DNA of 64,000 nt, taken from the NCBI GenBank assembly GCA_030679995.1, contig JAUXSK010000015.1, forward strand, positions 3,607 through 67,606, read 5' to 3'. A program made the position numbers and the translations under genes. The notes below the pieces were generated by a model. It had not been told where the DNA came from. It did not search any database and saw only the letters and a program-made list of their open reading frames with translations. Shown here in pieces: positions 38,565 through 48,267 of the stretch (its first letter is position 1; every line of letters starts with the position of its first letter). The stretch comes from Candidatus Moraniibacteriota bacterium (GTDB lineage: Bacteria > Patescibacteriota > Minisyncoccia > Moranbacterales > UBA2206).

Positions 38565-40214
38565 ATGATGGATAAAATTTTCAAAAATAATTTCATATTG
38601 AAGTCCCGACCGACCGAATCGGTCATTTCAGCGGCTTTCGTAATCACGGTCGCGGGCCTTCTGAGTAATCTGCTCGGGCTTGTGCGTGATCGTCTGTTAG
38701 CTTCGACGTTCGGAGCGGGTGACGTGCTGGATGTTTATTATGCGGCCTTCCGGATTCCTGACCTGATTTACAGCCTGCTCATCCTAGGTTCGATGAGCGC
38801 CGCTTTCATCCCGGTTTTTACCGGATTGCGAAGCAAAGAGGGAGACAACGATGAAGCTTGGCGGATGACTAATGGAATTATGAACTTGTCATTGTTCCTA
38901 ATCATCATTATCTCGCTGGTCTGCGCGATTGCCGCGCCGTTTTTGATGCGAATCATCACCCCGGGCTTTTCTCCGGAAAAAATGGAAAGCGCGGTCCTGT
39001 TCACCCGAATAATGTTTTTGAGTCCGGTTTTTTTGGGCATCAGCGGGATTATGGGCGGTGTCCTGACTTCGATGAAGCATTTTCTGATCTATTCGATCGC
39101 GCCGCTTCTGTATAATATCGGCATCATTCTTGGCATCACTATATTTGTCAGATTGATGGGGCCGATCGGATTGGCGTGGGGGGTGGTTTTCGGGGCGCTG
39201 ATGCATATGGTCCTGCAATACACGACGGTGCGGAAATTGGGCTATGTCCACCAGTGGGGATTGGCGGCGGCCTGGCAAAACCGGAATGTGCGCAAGGTTT
39301 TCTCGCTGATGCTGCCGCGGATGACCGGCATCGCGATCAATCAATTCAATCTGATGGTGATCACGGTGTTCGCTTCCACTTTGGCGGCCGGCAGTCTGGC
39401 GGTGTTCAGTTTTTCCCAGAATCTGGCTAGCGTGCCACTGAGCGTGTTTGGAATATCTTTCGCTATCGCAGTCTTTCCTGTCCTGTCGACATATGCCGCG
39501 CGCGACGAGAAGGAAAATTTCGTAAAGGCTTTTTCGGAAACTTTCCGCCAGATAATGTTCTTCGTCATCCCACTCAGCGTGTTTATGGTCGTCCTGCGGG
39601 CGCAGATCGTGCGGGTCGTTTTGGGAGCCGGTAAATTCGATTGGAACGATACGATCCTGACTTTCCAATGTTTGGGAATCTTGGCGCTCAGCTTGTTCGC
39701 GCAAAGCGCGGTGCAACTTCTGGCCCGTTCATTCTATGCCTTACAAGACACCAAAACCCCTTTCTATATCGCTATCGCCACGGAAGCCGTAAACATCCTG
39801 GCAGTCATAATGCTTATCGGCCGCATCCAGATCATCGGCTTGGCGATCGCGTTCTCTTTGGCTAACGTGGTGCAGATGATGCTGTTACTTTTTTTCTTAC
39901 GGGCGCGCTTCGACAATCTGGATGACCGTAACATCATCTTGTCGGTATCGAAAATCGCTTTCGCTTCCTTCGTGGCCGGTCTCGGGATACAAGTCGCGAA
40001 ATACGCGATTGCTTCAGTGGTCGATTTGGATACGTTTTTGGGAGTTTTCATTCAATTGACCGTTCCGCTGGCTCTGGGATTTTTGATTTTTATTGGCATC
40101 AGTTATTTCTTGAAACTGGAGGAATTCATCTTGTTCAAGAATTCGCTCACCCGGAAAATATTCAAAGGCAATAAGGTGATTCTGGAAAGTACGGATGAAG
40201 TGAGCCGGATGTGA
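38565..40214 (+). CDS. murJ: lipid II flippase MurJ (MviN)
   Basis: LGLVRD, AAFRIPD, AAFIPVF and FYALQDTKTP motifs; about 14 TMs. Confidence 0.92.
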   Translation: MMDKIFKNNFILKSRPTESVISAAFVITVAGLLSNLLGLVRDRLLASTFGAGDVLDVYYAAFRIPDLIYSLLILGSMSAAFIPVFTGLRSKEGDNDEAWRMTNGIMNLSLFLIIIISLVCAIAAPFLMRIITPGFSPEKMESAVLFTRIMFLSPVFLGISGIMGGVLTSMKHFLIYSIAPLLYNIGIILGITIFVRLMGPIGLAWGVVFGALMHMVLQYTTVRKLGYVHQWGLAAAWQNRNVRKVFSLMLPRMTGIAINQFNLMVITVFASTLAAGSLAVFSFSQNLASVPLSVFGISFAIAVFPVLSTYAARDEKENFVKAFSETFRQIMFFVIPLSVFMVVLRAQIVRVVLGAGKFDWNDTILTFQCLGILALSLFAQSAVQLLARSFYALQDTKTPFYIAIATEAVNILAVIMLIGRIQIIGLAIAFSLANVVQMMLLLFFLRARFDNLDDRNIILSVSKIAFASFVAGLGIQVAKYAIASVVDLDTFLGVFIQLTVPLALGFLIFIGISYFLKLEEFILFKNSLTRKIFKGNKVILESTDEVSRM

Positions 40215-40259
40215 CCGATTCTTGATTATTCTCCGGTTCTAGGCTAAGATGGATATTAT

Positions 40260-42056
40260 ATGAGCCAAAAAAATGTCCGCAATTTCTGCATAATCGCCCA
40301 CATCGATCATGGCAAGTCGACCCTTTCGGATCGGCTTTTAGAATTGACCCACACCGTGGAACAGCGCAATATGAAGGCTCAGTTGTTGGATCAGATGGAT
40401 TTGGAGCGTGAGCGGGGCATTACGATCAAGTTGCAGCCGGTGCGGATGGACTATGAACTCAACGGGGAAAAATATGTCTTGAATCTGATTGACACGCCGG
40501 GGCATGTCGATTTCGGCTATGAGGTTTCCCGGTCGTTGGCGGCAGTGGAAGGAGCGGTACTTTTGGTGGATGCGACCAAGGGCGTGCAGGCGCAGACTTT
40601 GTCGAACCTATATCTGGCTATCGAACAGGGCTTGGAAATAATTCCGGTGGTCAATAAGGTTGACCTGCCCAATGCTGACGCGCCGAAAGTGAAAAAGGAA
40701 ATCATCCACGTTTTGGGTTGTAAAGAAGAAGATATTTTCGAAGTTTCCGGCAAGACCGGTTTGGGTGTAGACAAACTTTTGGAAGAAATCGTGAAAACCG
40801 TACCGTATCCGAAAGGTGATACCGACAAGCCGTTGCGCGCCCTTATTTTCGATTCCAAATATGACACGTATAAAGGCGTGGTGGCATATGTGCGGGTGCT
40901 GGATGGCAACGTGAAGCGCGATGACGAGGTGGCGATGATGGCGGGGATGGCCGACAGCGACGTGGTGGAAGTAGGTCATTTCAAACCGGATATGCAAAAA
41001 GTCGACTACTTGACGGCGGGCGATATCGGCTATCTGGCCACCGGTTTCAAGAGCGTGGAATATTGCCGGGTAGGCGATACGATCACCTTGGCCGGATATC
41101 GCGGCAAAGTTGAAAGTCTGCCCGGCTACAAAAAAGTGACACCGATGGTCTACGCTTCTTTCTATCCAATCGAAGGCGATGACTATAATTTTATGCGCGA
41201 CGCTTTGGACAAGCTGAAACTTAATGACGCGGCTTTCGAATTCGAGCCGGAATCCAGCCAGGCCTTGGGACGGGGATTCCGGTGCGGTTTTCTGGGGATG
41301 CTGCATTTGGAAATTATCCAGTCAAGGCTGGAGAGGGAATTTGAAATCAGTCCGACCATCACCACCCCGAGCGTCGTTTATGAAGTGGAGGTGAAAAACC
41401 AGACCGAAAGGACGAAAATCTATTCCGCCACCGAAATGCCGGACGCGTCGGTGATCGACAAAATCTATGAACCCTATGCTAAGCTGGACATCATTTCGCC
41501 GGCCGCGTATCTAGGTTCGATTATGGAAGTGATGCGCAATACGCGGGCGCAATATCTGAACACGGAATATATCGACAGTGAACGGATCATCTTGTCTTTC
41601 GATTGCCCTTTGACGGATGTCATCACCAATCTGCACGATGATTTGAAAAGCGCTTCTTCGGGCTACGCTTCGATGAATTACGAAATCAAGGACTATCGGC
41701 CGAACGATCTGGTAAAGATGGATATTTTGGTGGCCGGGGAGAAATTCGACGCTTTTTCGCGCATCGTGCCGAGGGAGAAAGCCAATTCGGAAGGCAAGTC
41801 GATTGTGGAGAAATTGAAAAATTCGATTCCGAAGCAGAATTTCTTGATCGCCCTGCAGGCGGCTATCGGGGGCAAAGTGATCGCGCGCGAAAGCATCCAG
41901 GCTTTCCGTAAAGATGTGACCAGCGGATTGTATGGCGGGGACATCACGCGCAAACGCAAGCTTTTGGAAAAACAGAAGAAGGGGAAAAAGAAGATGAAAA
42001 GCATCGGCCGCGTAAGCATTCCCTCGGACGCCTTCTTGGCGGTTTTAAAAAGATAA
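40260..42056 (+). CDS. lepA: translation elongation factor 4
   Basis: IIAHIDHGKSTL, DTPGHVDF, GFRCGFLGMLH and YGGDITRKRKLL motifs. Confidence 0.98.
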   Translation: MSQKNVRNFCIIAHIDHGKSTLSDRLLELTHTVEQRNMKAQLLDQMDLERERGITIKLQPVRMDYELNGEKYVLNLIDTPGHVDFGYEVSRSLAAVEGAVLLVDATKGVQAQTLSNLYLAIEQGLEIIPVVNKVDLPNADAPKVKKEIIHVLGCKEEDIFEVSGKTGLGVDKLLEEIVKTVPYPKGDTDKPLRALIFDSKYDTYKGVVAYVRVLDGNVKRDDEVAMMAGMADSDVVEVGHFKPDMQKVDYLTAGDIGYLATGFKSVEYCRVGDTITLAGYRGKVESLPGYKKVTPMVYASFYPIEGDDYNFMRDALDKLKLNDAAFEFEPESSQALGRGFRCGFLGMLHLEIIQSRLEREFEISPTITTPSVVYEVEVKNQTERTKIYSATEMPDASVIDKIYEPYAKLDIISPAAYLGSIMEVMRNTRAQYLNTEYIDSERIILSFDCPLTDVITNLHDDLKSASSGYASMNYEIKDYRPNDLVKMDILVAGEKFDAFSRIVPREKANSEGKSIVEKLKNSIPKQNFLIALQAAIGGKVIARESIQAFRKDVTSGLYGGDITRKRKLLEKQKKGKKKMKSIGRVSIPSDAFLAVLKR

Positions 42057-42070
42057 ACATAACAATTCCA

Positions 42071-42367
42071 ATGGACCCCGTTTCTCTAGGCGTCATAGCT
42101 TTTTTTATAGTGATCAATATCGCGGCTTTTTTGATTATGTTTTTTGATAAACTCAGCTCGCGCAAAGCGGGTGCCGAAAGGATTTCGGAAGGCCTGCTGT
42201 TTTTTATGGCTACGGTTTTCGGCAGTATCGGGGTTTATGCTGGGATGTTCGCTTTCCGCCACAAAACCAGGAAGTGGTATTTCATTATCGGAATCCCTGT
42301 GCTTATCCTGCAAAATTGCGCGTTTTTGTACGTCTTTTACGGTTTTTTGGCCGAAGGCGCCTTTTGA
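42071..42367 (+). CDS. DUF1294-family membrane protein
   Basis: DK...RISE and GS.G...GM..FRHKT.K pattern. Confidence 0.85.
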   Translation: MDPVSLGVIAFFIVINIAAFLIMFFDKLSSRKAGAERISEGLLFFMATVFGSIGVYAGMFAFRHKTRKWYFIIGIPVLILQNCAFLYVFYGFLAEGAF

Positions 42368-42380
42368 TTTGTAGTACCTA

Positions 42381-42409
42381 TTGACAGGTAGGTTTTTTTG
42401 CGGTATAAA
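42381..42409 (+). promoter_or_regulatory. sigma70 promoter of an ORFan cassette
   Basis: TTGACA-17 nt-TATAAA. Confidence 0.6.
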
Positions 42410-42465
42410 TCACAGTTACTTAATGAGGGTGTTTTTTAAAAATTTATCAGCACGGGGGTGCGGAT

Positions 42466-42831
42466 ATGGGATCAGTTATGGCGGAAAATTCTCCTGAAGG
42501 GAGATATATCAGGATTATGTTTGACGATGCCAACGTAAAGTACGCCAAGGTTTTTTCACAGCATGGGGATGTAAAAATCATCTTGAATGCGGAAAACTCT
42601 TTTGCGGATGATGTGACTGCTTTGGAAGAGGAGATAAACAAAATTTTTGCGGATATGGTCAGTCCGTTAAAATTATCAGTCAAAGTGGAGCTCGACTCGG
42701 AATTGCGGATCGACAAGTACATCGTCGAGATGTGCGGGGTCGGGAAATGTAATTTCGGAGATTTTTTGGACAGAGTGGTGTCCAGTCTCAAGGTTGGGGA
42801 GTTGTTGGTATATTTACTGCCCAAGAAATAA
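42466..42831 (+). CDS. hypothetical protein (ORFan)
   Basis: 121-aa ORF with its own promoter, a G-rich SD-like motif and a terminator; no recognised motif. Confidence 0.6.
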   Translation: MGSVMAENSPEGRYIRIMFDDANVKYAKVFSQHGDVKIILNAENSFADDVTALEEEINKIFADMVSPLKLSVKVELDSELRIDKYIVEMCGVGKCNFGDFLDRVVSSLKVGELLVYLLPKK

Positions 42832-42856
42832 AGGGCAGCCCCAAAAAGATCAACCT

Positions 42857-42890
42857 AGGGAGGGTCGGATTCATCCGATGCCTCCCTTTT
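42857..42890 (+). terminator. intrinsic terminator
   Basis: AGGGAGG..TCGGAT-TC-ATCCGA..CCTCCCT followed by TTT. Confidence 0.65.
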
Positions 42891-42973
42891 AATTTTCCCG
42901 GAATTCCGCCGTTTGTGCGTCAGGGGATTTTATTGTAGAATTCAGGCAAAGCTAATAATTAGCCGGAAACGAT

Positions 42974-43423
42974 ATGAAAAAAATACCAGCCAGATTTTCG
43001 GTGGGGGAGAACGATATCAATGCGGCGGATATTCCGGCGGTGAATGGGTTGCTGAAACAATTGAATTCTAGCGCTTCGGAAATAGATTACAAAAAAATAA
43101 AGGAAGTTATGCGTTATGGTGTAATCATGACAATACGTGATTCTGCTCAAAAAAACGTCCTGATTGGGATGGGCACGCTGATACCGTTGCGGAAGATATT
43201 CTCATTTTCCGGCACGATCGAGGACGTGGTCGTGAGCGAGGAGTGTCGCGGTCAGGGATTAGGTCGAAAGATAATGCAGGCCCTGTTGGACAAGAGCCGG
43301 TCACTGGGGATGAAATGTGTCGATCTTACGAGCCGGCCGCAAAGGAAAATCGCCAACCAGCTCTACCAGTCGATCGGATTCGAGCGTCGCAAGACGAATG
43401 TCTATCGCTTTTTTAATAAATAA
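42974..43423 (+). CDS. GNAT-family N-acetyltransferase
   Basis: IEDVVV...RGQGLG, LTSRP.R and AN.LY..GF motifs. Confidence 0.9.
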   Translation: MKKIPARFSVGENDINAADIPAVNGLLKQLNSSASEIDYKKIKEVMRYGVIMTIRDSAQKNVLIGMGTLIPLRKIFSFSGTIEDVVVSEECRGQGLGRKIMQALLDKSRSLGMKCVDLTSRPQRKIANQLYQSIGFERRKTNVYRFFNK

Positions 43424-43432
43424 TTCCGAAAT

Positions 43433-44500
43433 TTGAAAACAAAAATCCTAAAATATGTTTTGGCGGCGCTTTTTTTGATAGTTTCTTTTCTGGTTTGGCG
43501 TTCGGTCGATCGGGCAGTAAATGTTCCAGGGGCCAGTATTTGGGCGGTGCCGGTAAGTTTCTTTTCAGTTTATTTCGTGTTGGCATATCTGAATACCATC
43601 GTTATCAAACGGATTGAAATCTTGCAATGGCTGTTTTCAGCTTCTATTTTGTTAAGCTTCATTTTCGTGCGTAGCCTGTGGCACTTGAATGCGGTTTTCG
43701 CGGCCTATGTTTTCTTGGCTTGGGGGATAACTAAGATAGTAGATGATCTGCAACTGAATATCCGGGTAAGCTTATGGAAATCCATCCGTGCCGGCAGCGC
43801 GTTGGTCCTGCTGGCGATTTCCTTGATGATTGCCAGCCAATATTACGCGTCGGCAAAGGATTTCGGTGCCGAACGGATTATCCCGCAATTCCGCATAAGT
43901 TCGGTTTCGGGAAATCTGACTTCCAAAATTTTGGCGATGGTGAATCCCGGTTTCAAGGATATCAGCCAAGAAGGATTGACAGTCGATCAATTCATATTGC
44001 AGATACAAGAGAAGCAGGAAAATGATGTGGTAATCTCGAGCGCTATGGATAGCCAAATCGATCAGGCGATTGAAAAATCCAATCCTGGTTTGACCGACGC
44101 GCAAAAGAAATTATTGAAAGATGAAGCCTTGAAAAAAGCCGCGAATACCAGTGTGGAACTGGGCCGGGAACAGCAAATCTTGATTTTGCAGGAAGGGCGG
44201 CGTAAATTTTCAGAAATTTATGGTAGTAACTTGGTGGGTGATGAAAAAATTGCGGATGTTTTTTCGGGTATCGTAAACCGTAAAATCGACCAATATTTCG
44301 GCTCGGAATCGGTGGCTCCAGGGAAAACATCTTCATTGCCGGCTATAATGGCTATCGGATTATTCCTGACGGTTTTGTCGTTGGGCTCGGCCTTGAATCT
44401 AGTTTGGATTTTGTTGGCCGGCTGGATATTCTGGGTCTTTAGGGAGACCGGCCTGGTGCGCATCATACGGGTTCCGATTGAAATGGAGGTTATCGAATAG
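43433..44500 (+). CDS. hypothetical multi-pass membrane protein
   Basis: About 5 N-terminal TMs, a helical soluble region and a C-terminal TM; TTG start is uncertain. Confidence 0.7.
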   Translation: MKTKILKYVLAALFLIVSFLVWRSVDRAVNVPGASIWAVPVSFFSVYFVLAYLNTIVIKRIEILQWLFSASILLSFIFVRSLWHLNAVFAAYVFLAWGITKIVDDLQLNIRVSLWKSIRAGSALVLLAISLMIASQYYASAKDFGAERIIPQFRISSVSGNLTSKILAMVNPGFKDISQEGLTVDQFILQIQEKQENDVVISSAMDSQIDQAIEKSNPGLTDAQKKLLKDEALKKAANTSVELGREQQILILQEGRRKFSEIYGSNLVGDEKIADVFSGIVNRKIDQYFGSESVAPGKTSSLPAIMAIGLFLTVLSLGSALNLVWILLAGWIFWVFRETGLVRIIRVPIEMEVIE

Positions 44501-44509
44501 AAGATAAAG

Positions 44510-44536
44510 TTAGCACTCTTAACGAGGGATTGCTAA
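44510..44536 (+). promoter_or_regulatory. CIRCE element (HrcA operator) upstream of dnaJ
   Basis: TTAGCACTC-N9-GATTGCTAA, one mismatch to the consensus TTAGCACTC-N9-GAGTGCTAA. Confidence 0.9.
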
Positions 44537-44592
44537 TTTGTCGTTTTCGTGCTAGATTGGATTGGTAAGAAATAAGGCATTTTTTCAAATAT

Positions 44593-45684
44593 ATGGCGAA
44601 AAATTATTATGATATTTTGGGGGTTTCCAAAGGCGCGACGGATGATGAGATCAAGAAAGCCTATCGTAAATTGGCGCACAAATACCACCCGGATAAGTCC
44701 GGCGGGGATGAGGCTAAATTCAAGGAAATCAATGCGGCCTATCAGGTCTTATCGGACCAGAGCAAGCGTCAGCAATATGACCAATTCGGGCAAACTTTCG
44801 AGGGTGGCAGCGGCGCAGGCAACGGTTTTTCCGGTTTCGATTTTTCCGGCTTCCAAGGTTTTGGCGGACAGAATAGCGGCTTCGAATTCGGCGGGGAAGG
44901 TTTTGAGGACATTTTTTCCAATATTTTTGGCGGTAATTCCAGGGCGCGCCGGCGTTCGCGTGGCACCGATATCCAAGTGGATGTGGAGATCAGCTTTGCA
45001 GAAATGGTCAATGGAATAGAGAAGATCATTGAATTATACAAAAGGGTGGTGTGCGATCGTTGCTATGGTTCAGGTGGTGAACCCCAGGCTGATATGAAAA
45101 CTTGTCCGACTTGCAAAGGTTCTGGCCAGGTTGAAACGATGCGGCGCAGCCTGTTTGGCAGTTTCTCGCAAGTTTCCGAGTGCCCGGAATGCCATGGGGA
45201 GGGCAAGGTGTATGAAAAGAAATGTTCCAAATGCGGAGGGGATGGACGGGTCAAAGAAGAACAGAAAATCAAATTGAATATTCCGGCGGGTATCGCCGAC
45301 GGCCAGACGATGTCGATGCAAGGCCAGGGCGAGGCCGGTGAGAAAGGCGCGCCGGCCGGCGATCTGTATATCAATATCCATGTTTTGCCGCACAAGAAAT
45401 TCAAACGCAAAAGCCAGGATATTTTGAGCACGGAATTCGTGCCGTTTTCGGTGGCGGCTCTAGGCGGAAAAATCGAAATTGAAACTATTAATGGCACGCT
45501 TATTCTGAAAATCCCGACTGGCACCCAATCAGGTGAAATCTTCCGCATCAAGGGTGCTGGCGTGCCGGAACTCAATGGTCGCGGCGTAGGCAACCAATTG
45601 GTGACGGTAGTGGTCAAAGTTCCCAAAAGTTTGAGCCGCGAGCAGAAAGATTTGCTGGAGAGATTGAAAAACCAGGGTATCTAG
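44593..45684 (+). CDS. dnaJ: chaperone DnaJ
   Basis: J domain with HPD, G/F-rich linker, four CxxCxGxG repeats. Confidence 0.98.
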   Translation: MAKNYYDILGVSKGATDDEIKKAYRKLAHKYHPDKSGGDEAKFKEINAAYQVLSDQSKRQQYDQFGQTFEGGSGAGNGFSGFDFSGFQGFGGQNSGFEFGGEGFEDIFSNIFGGNSRARRRSRGTDIQVDVEISFAEMVNGIEKIIELYKRVVCDRCYGSGGEPQADMKTCPTCKGSGQVETMRRSLFGSFSQVSECPECHGEGKVYEKKCSKCGGDGRVKEEQKIKLNIPAGIADGQTMSMQGQGEAGEKGAPAGDLYINIHVLPHKKFKRKSQDILSTEFVPFSVAALGGKIEIETINGTLILKIPTGTQSGEIFRIKGAGVPELNGRGVGNQLVTVVVKVPKSLSREQKDLLERLKNQGI

Positions 45685-45695
45685 CGCCGCAATGC

Positions 45696-45732
45696 AAAAA
45701 AACGTTCCATTGAAAATGTGGAACGCTTTTTT
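45696..45732 (+). terminator. intrinsic terminator after dnaJ
   Basis: CGTTCCAT...GTGGAACG stem with an A-tract before and a T-tract after. Confidence 0.6.
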
Positions 45733-45828
45733 GAATGGCTATGGTTGCGTTTTGCTGCCCATAGGGCCAGTACTATGGGAAGATAAAACCAATGTGGGAT
45801 TGTTATATTAATACATTGCCTGACAAAT

Positions 45829-45857
45829 TTGACTTACTAGTTTTTTAGTATTATAAT
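45829..45857 (+). promoter_or_regulatory. sigma70 promoter of an ORFan cassette
   Basis: TTGACT-17 nt-TATAAT. Confidence 0.7.
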
Positions 45858-45959
45858 GACAAATTAATTTGGAAAAAACGTAAATATAACCGGCTTGAAC
45901 CTTTAAAAAATAATAATTAGCTTAGGAATATATTTTTGGGCCTAAATAAGGAGGAAGGG

Positions 45960-46694
45960 ATGCAACAAAGAAAAGTCTGTTTTGTCGAATCATTGAAAAT
46001 TGCGCCATTCGAAAAGGAAGAGTTGTATGTCCTGATGATGATTTTCGACGGATTTTCCGAAATGATGAAATTTCGGGAATCAAAGTCTGCCATATCGGAT
46101 GAGGAAAATATTTCTTTTAGGGAGCAATTGGATGCTCTGAAGCAAGAAAAGTGCGGTCTATTCTATATTTGCCAAAAAATAATATCGGGTTATCGTGATT
46201 TTTCTGAGGGATGGGTTCCTGAGTTCGCCTGTTGCCAATGCCCCATGATGACTGGCGATATTGCTGGATCAGAGGCGGCGCAAAATTTCATAGAAAGATT
46301 CAAAATGCTTGCGGTTAATTTTGAAACGCGCCTGATGGATTTTGCGCAAAAGACCAAGATAGTCGACGGATTGGTTATGCAAAAAGCTCCGGAAAAACCG
46401 ATTGGTGTGGGTAAGGCAGTGAAAGCGGAAAAAAGGCACAAAAAACCCGTGTCTGCCCCGGTAAAGCGGAAAATTAAAGGAAAATCGCCGAAAAAATCTC
46501 AACCGATAAAAATCGGATTCGAGATACACATGGATGGAGAGGCCGTATCACTACCATTCGATGGTACGATGGAAGGGGCGATCAAAAAAGCCAAATATGT
46601 CGCCAAAAGCGTGGTCGCGACATTTGAGGTAGTTGAGTTCACGCCTGACAATCAAGAAGGCGTGGTCTGTTATAGTACCGAAAAAGATTCCTAA
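45960..46694 (+). CDS. hypothetical protein (ORFan)
   Basis: AAGGAGG SD before ATG 45960; two apparent domains joined by a Lys/Pro-rich linker; no recognised motif. Confidence 0.65.
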   Translation: MQQRKVCFVESLKIAPFEKEELYVLMMIFDGFSEMMKFRESKSAISDEENISFREQLDALKQEKCGLFYICQKIISGYRDFSEGWVPEFACCQCPMMTGDIAGSEAAQNFIERFKMLAVNFETRLMDFAQKTKIVDGLVMQKAPEKPIGVGKAVKAEKRHKKPVSAPVKRKIKGKSPKKSQPIKIGFEIHMDGEAVSLPFDGTMEGAIKKAKYVAKSVVATFEVVEFTPDNQEGVVCYSTEKDS

Positions 46695-46728
46695 AATAGT
46701 ATCGGAATCTGTGCAGAGTGCCTATATA

Positions 46729-46764
46729 GGCCCGCTAATCGTGAGATTAGCGGGCTGTTTTTTT
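46729..46764 (+). terminator. intrinsic terminator
   Basis: GCCCGCTAATC-GTGA-GATTAGCGGGC followed by a T-tract. Confidence 0.8.
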
Positions 46765-46850
46765 AAATGCAATATTTTCTGCGCATTATTATGGCAAGAA
46801 TATCTTTTTCGAGGTTGAGCGAAGATACGAATGGGAGTAGACTGGAGAGT

Positions 46851-48167
46851 ATGAAACAAAAAACCGCCCTCGAAATCCTTAAGCTCGGATATAACGTTTT
46901 TCTGACCGGTCCGGCCGGCTCAGGTAAGACTTATCTCTTGAAACAATATATCGATTATCTGAAAAGCCGCGACATCGGCGTGGCAGTTACGGCTTCCACT
47001 GGCATTGCCGCCACCCATATGAACGGGCAGACGATCCATAGTTGGTCGGGTATGGGCATCAGTGAAACTTTCAATGAAGCTGATTTCGATAAGCTCAAAA
47101 AAAGAGGTTACCAGCAAGAGCGCTTCAAAAGAACCAAGGTTTTGATCATCGACGAAATCTCGATGTTGCACGCGCATCAGCTGGATATCGTCAATAGTAT
47201 CTGTAAAAGATTCAAGGAACCGTTTTTGGCTTTCGGCGGATTGCAAGTCATTTTGTGCGGGGATTTTTTCCAGTTGCCGCCGGTCACGAAATTCAAAGAG
47301 GAAGCGCGTTTCGTTATCGAATCCGACGCCTGGCGGGAGATGGATCCGAAAGTCTGTTATCTGGAAGAACAGCATCGCCAAGAGGATCGGGAGATGCTCA
47401 AGATTTTGAATGATATCCGTTCCCAATCATGCGATGAAAAAACCAAAGAACTTCTGATCTCCCGCGCGAACATTGAAATTGAAAACACCCTCAGGCCCAC
47501 GCGTCTCTTCACTCACAATGCCAACGTGGACGCAATCAACGCTTTAGAGTTGGGAAAAATTAAAGCGGAAGCCAAACTGTTCCGGATGACGGATAACGGC
47601 AATGAGTATCTGGTCGCTTCGGTGAAAAAGGGGTGTTTGGCGCCGGAAAATTTGACGCTCAAAAAAGGCGCTATCGTGATGTTCGTAAAAAACAATTTCG
47701 ACCGCGGCTATGTCAACGGCACGCTGGGCGAAGTGATCAGCTTTGACCGCAAAGGGATACCAATCGTGAAAACCGTGTCCGGCAAGACCATCGTCGCCAC
47801 GCCGGAGAAATGGTCCATCGAAGAAAACGACGAATCTTTGGCTTCCATTTCCCAGATCCCGCTGCGCCTGGCGTGGGCGATCACCGTCCACAAAAGCCAA
47901 GGTATGACCTTGGATGCGGTGGAGATGGATCTGAGCAAATCTTTCGAATATGGTATGGGCTATGTCGCCCTCTCGCGCGTCCGCACGCTCTCCGGCATCA
48001 AGCTCTTGGGCATCAACAGCCGCGCCCTGCAAGTCAATCCGAAAGTCTTCGCTCTCGATAAACTCCTGGCCGAATCTTCCCGCGACAATGTCCGCAATCT
48101 CACCCAGTTGGGGCAACTGAAGAAAAAGCCCGAACCAGGGAAACCTGCAAAACGGCGTGGGAAATAA
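46851..48167 (+). CDS. PIF1/RecD-like SF1B helicase
   Basis: TGPAGSGKT, IIDEISM, GDFFQLPP, NGTLG, AITVHKSQG and YVALSR motifs; start placed at ATG 46851. Confidence 0.9.
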   Translation: MKQKTALEILKLGYNVFLTGPAGSGKTYLLKQYIDYLKSRDIGVAVTASTGIAATHMNGQTIHSWSGMGISETFNEADFDKLKKRGYQQERFKRTKVLIIDEISMLHAHQLDIVNSICKRFKEPFLAFGGLQVILCGDFFQLPPVTKFKEEARFVIESDAWREMDPKVCYLEEQHRQEDREMLKILNDIRSQSCDEKTKELLISRANIEIENTLRPTRLFTHNANVDAINALELGKIKAEAKLFRMTDNGNEYLVASVKKGCLAPENLTLKKGAIVMFVKNNFDRGYVNGTLGEVISFDRKGIPIVKTVSGKTIVATPEKWSIEENDESLASISQIPLRLAWAITVHKSQGMTLDAVEMDLSKSFEYGMGYVALSRVRTLSGIKLLGINSRALQVNPKVFALDKLLAESSRDNVRNLTQLGQLKKKPEPGKPAKRRGK

Positions 48168-48267
48168 GAATCTGCCAAAGAAGGATATGTGGATATCCTG
48201 GCGTTTTTGTTTGGGGTGTTTTCGATATATAATTAGTGAGATGGGTAAACATATTAAAATTAATCAT

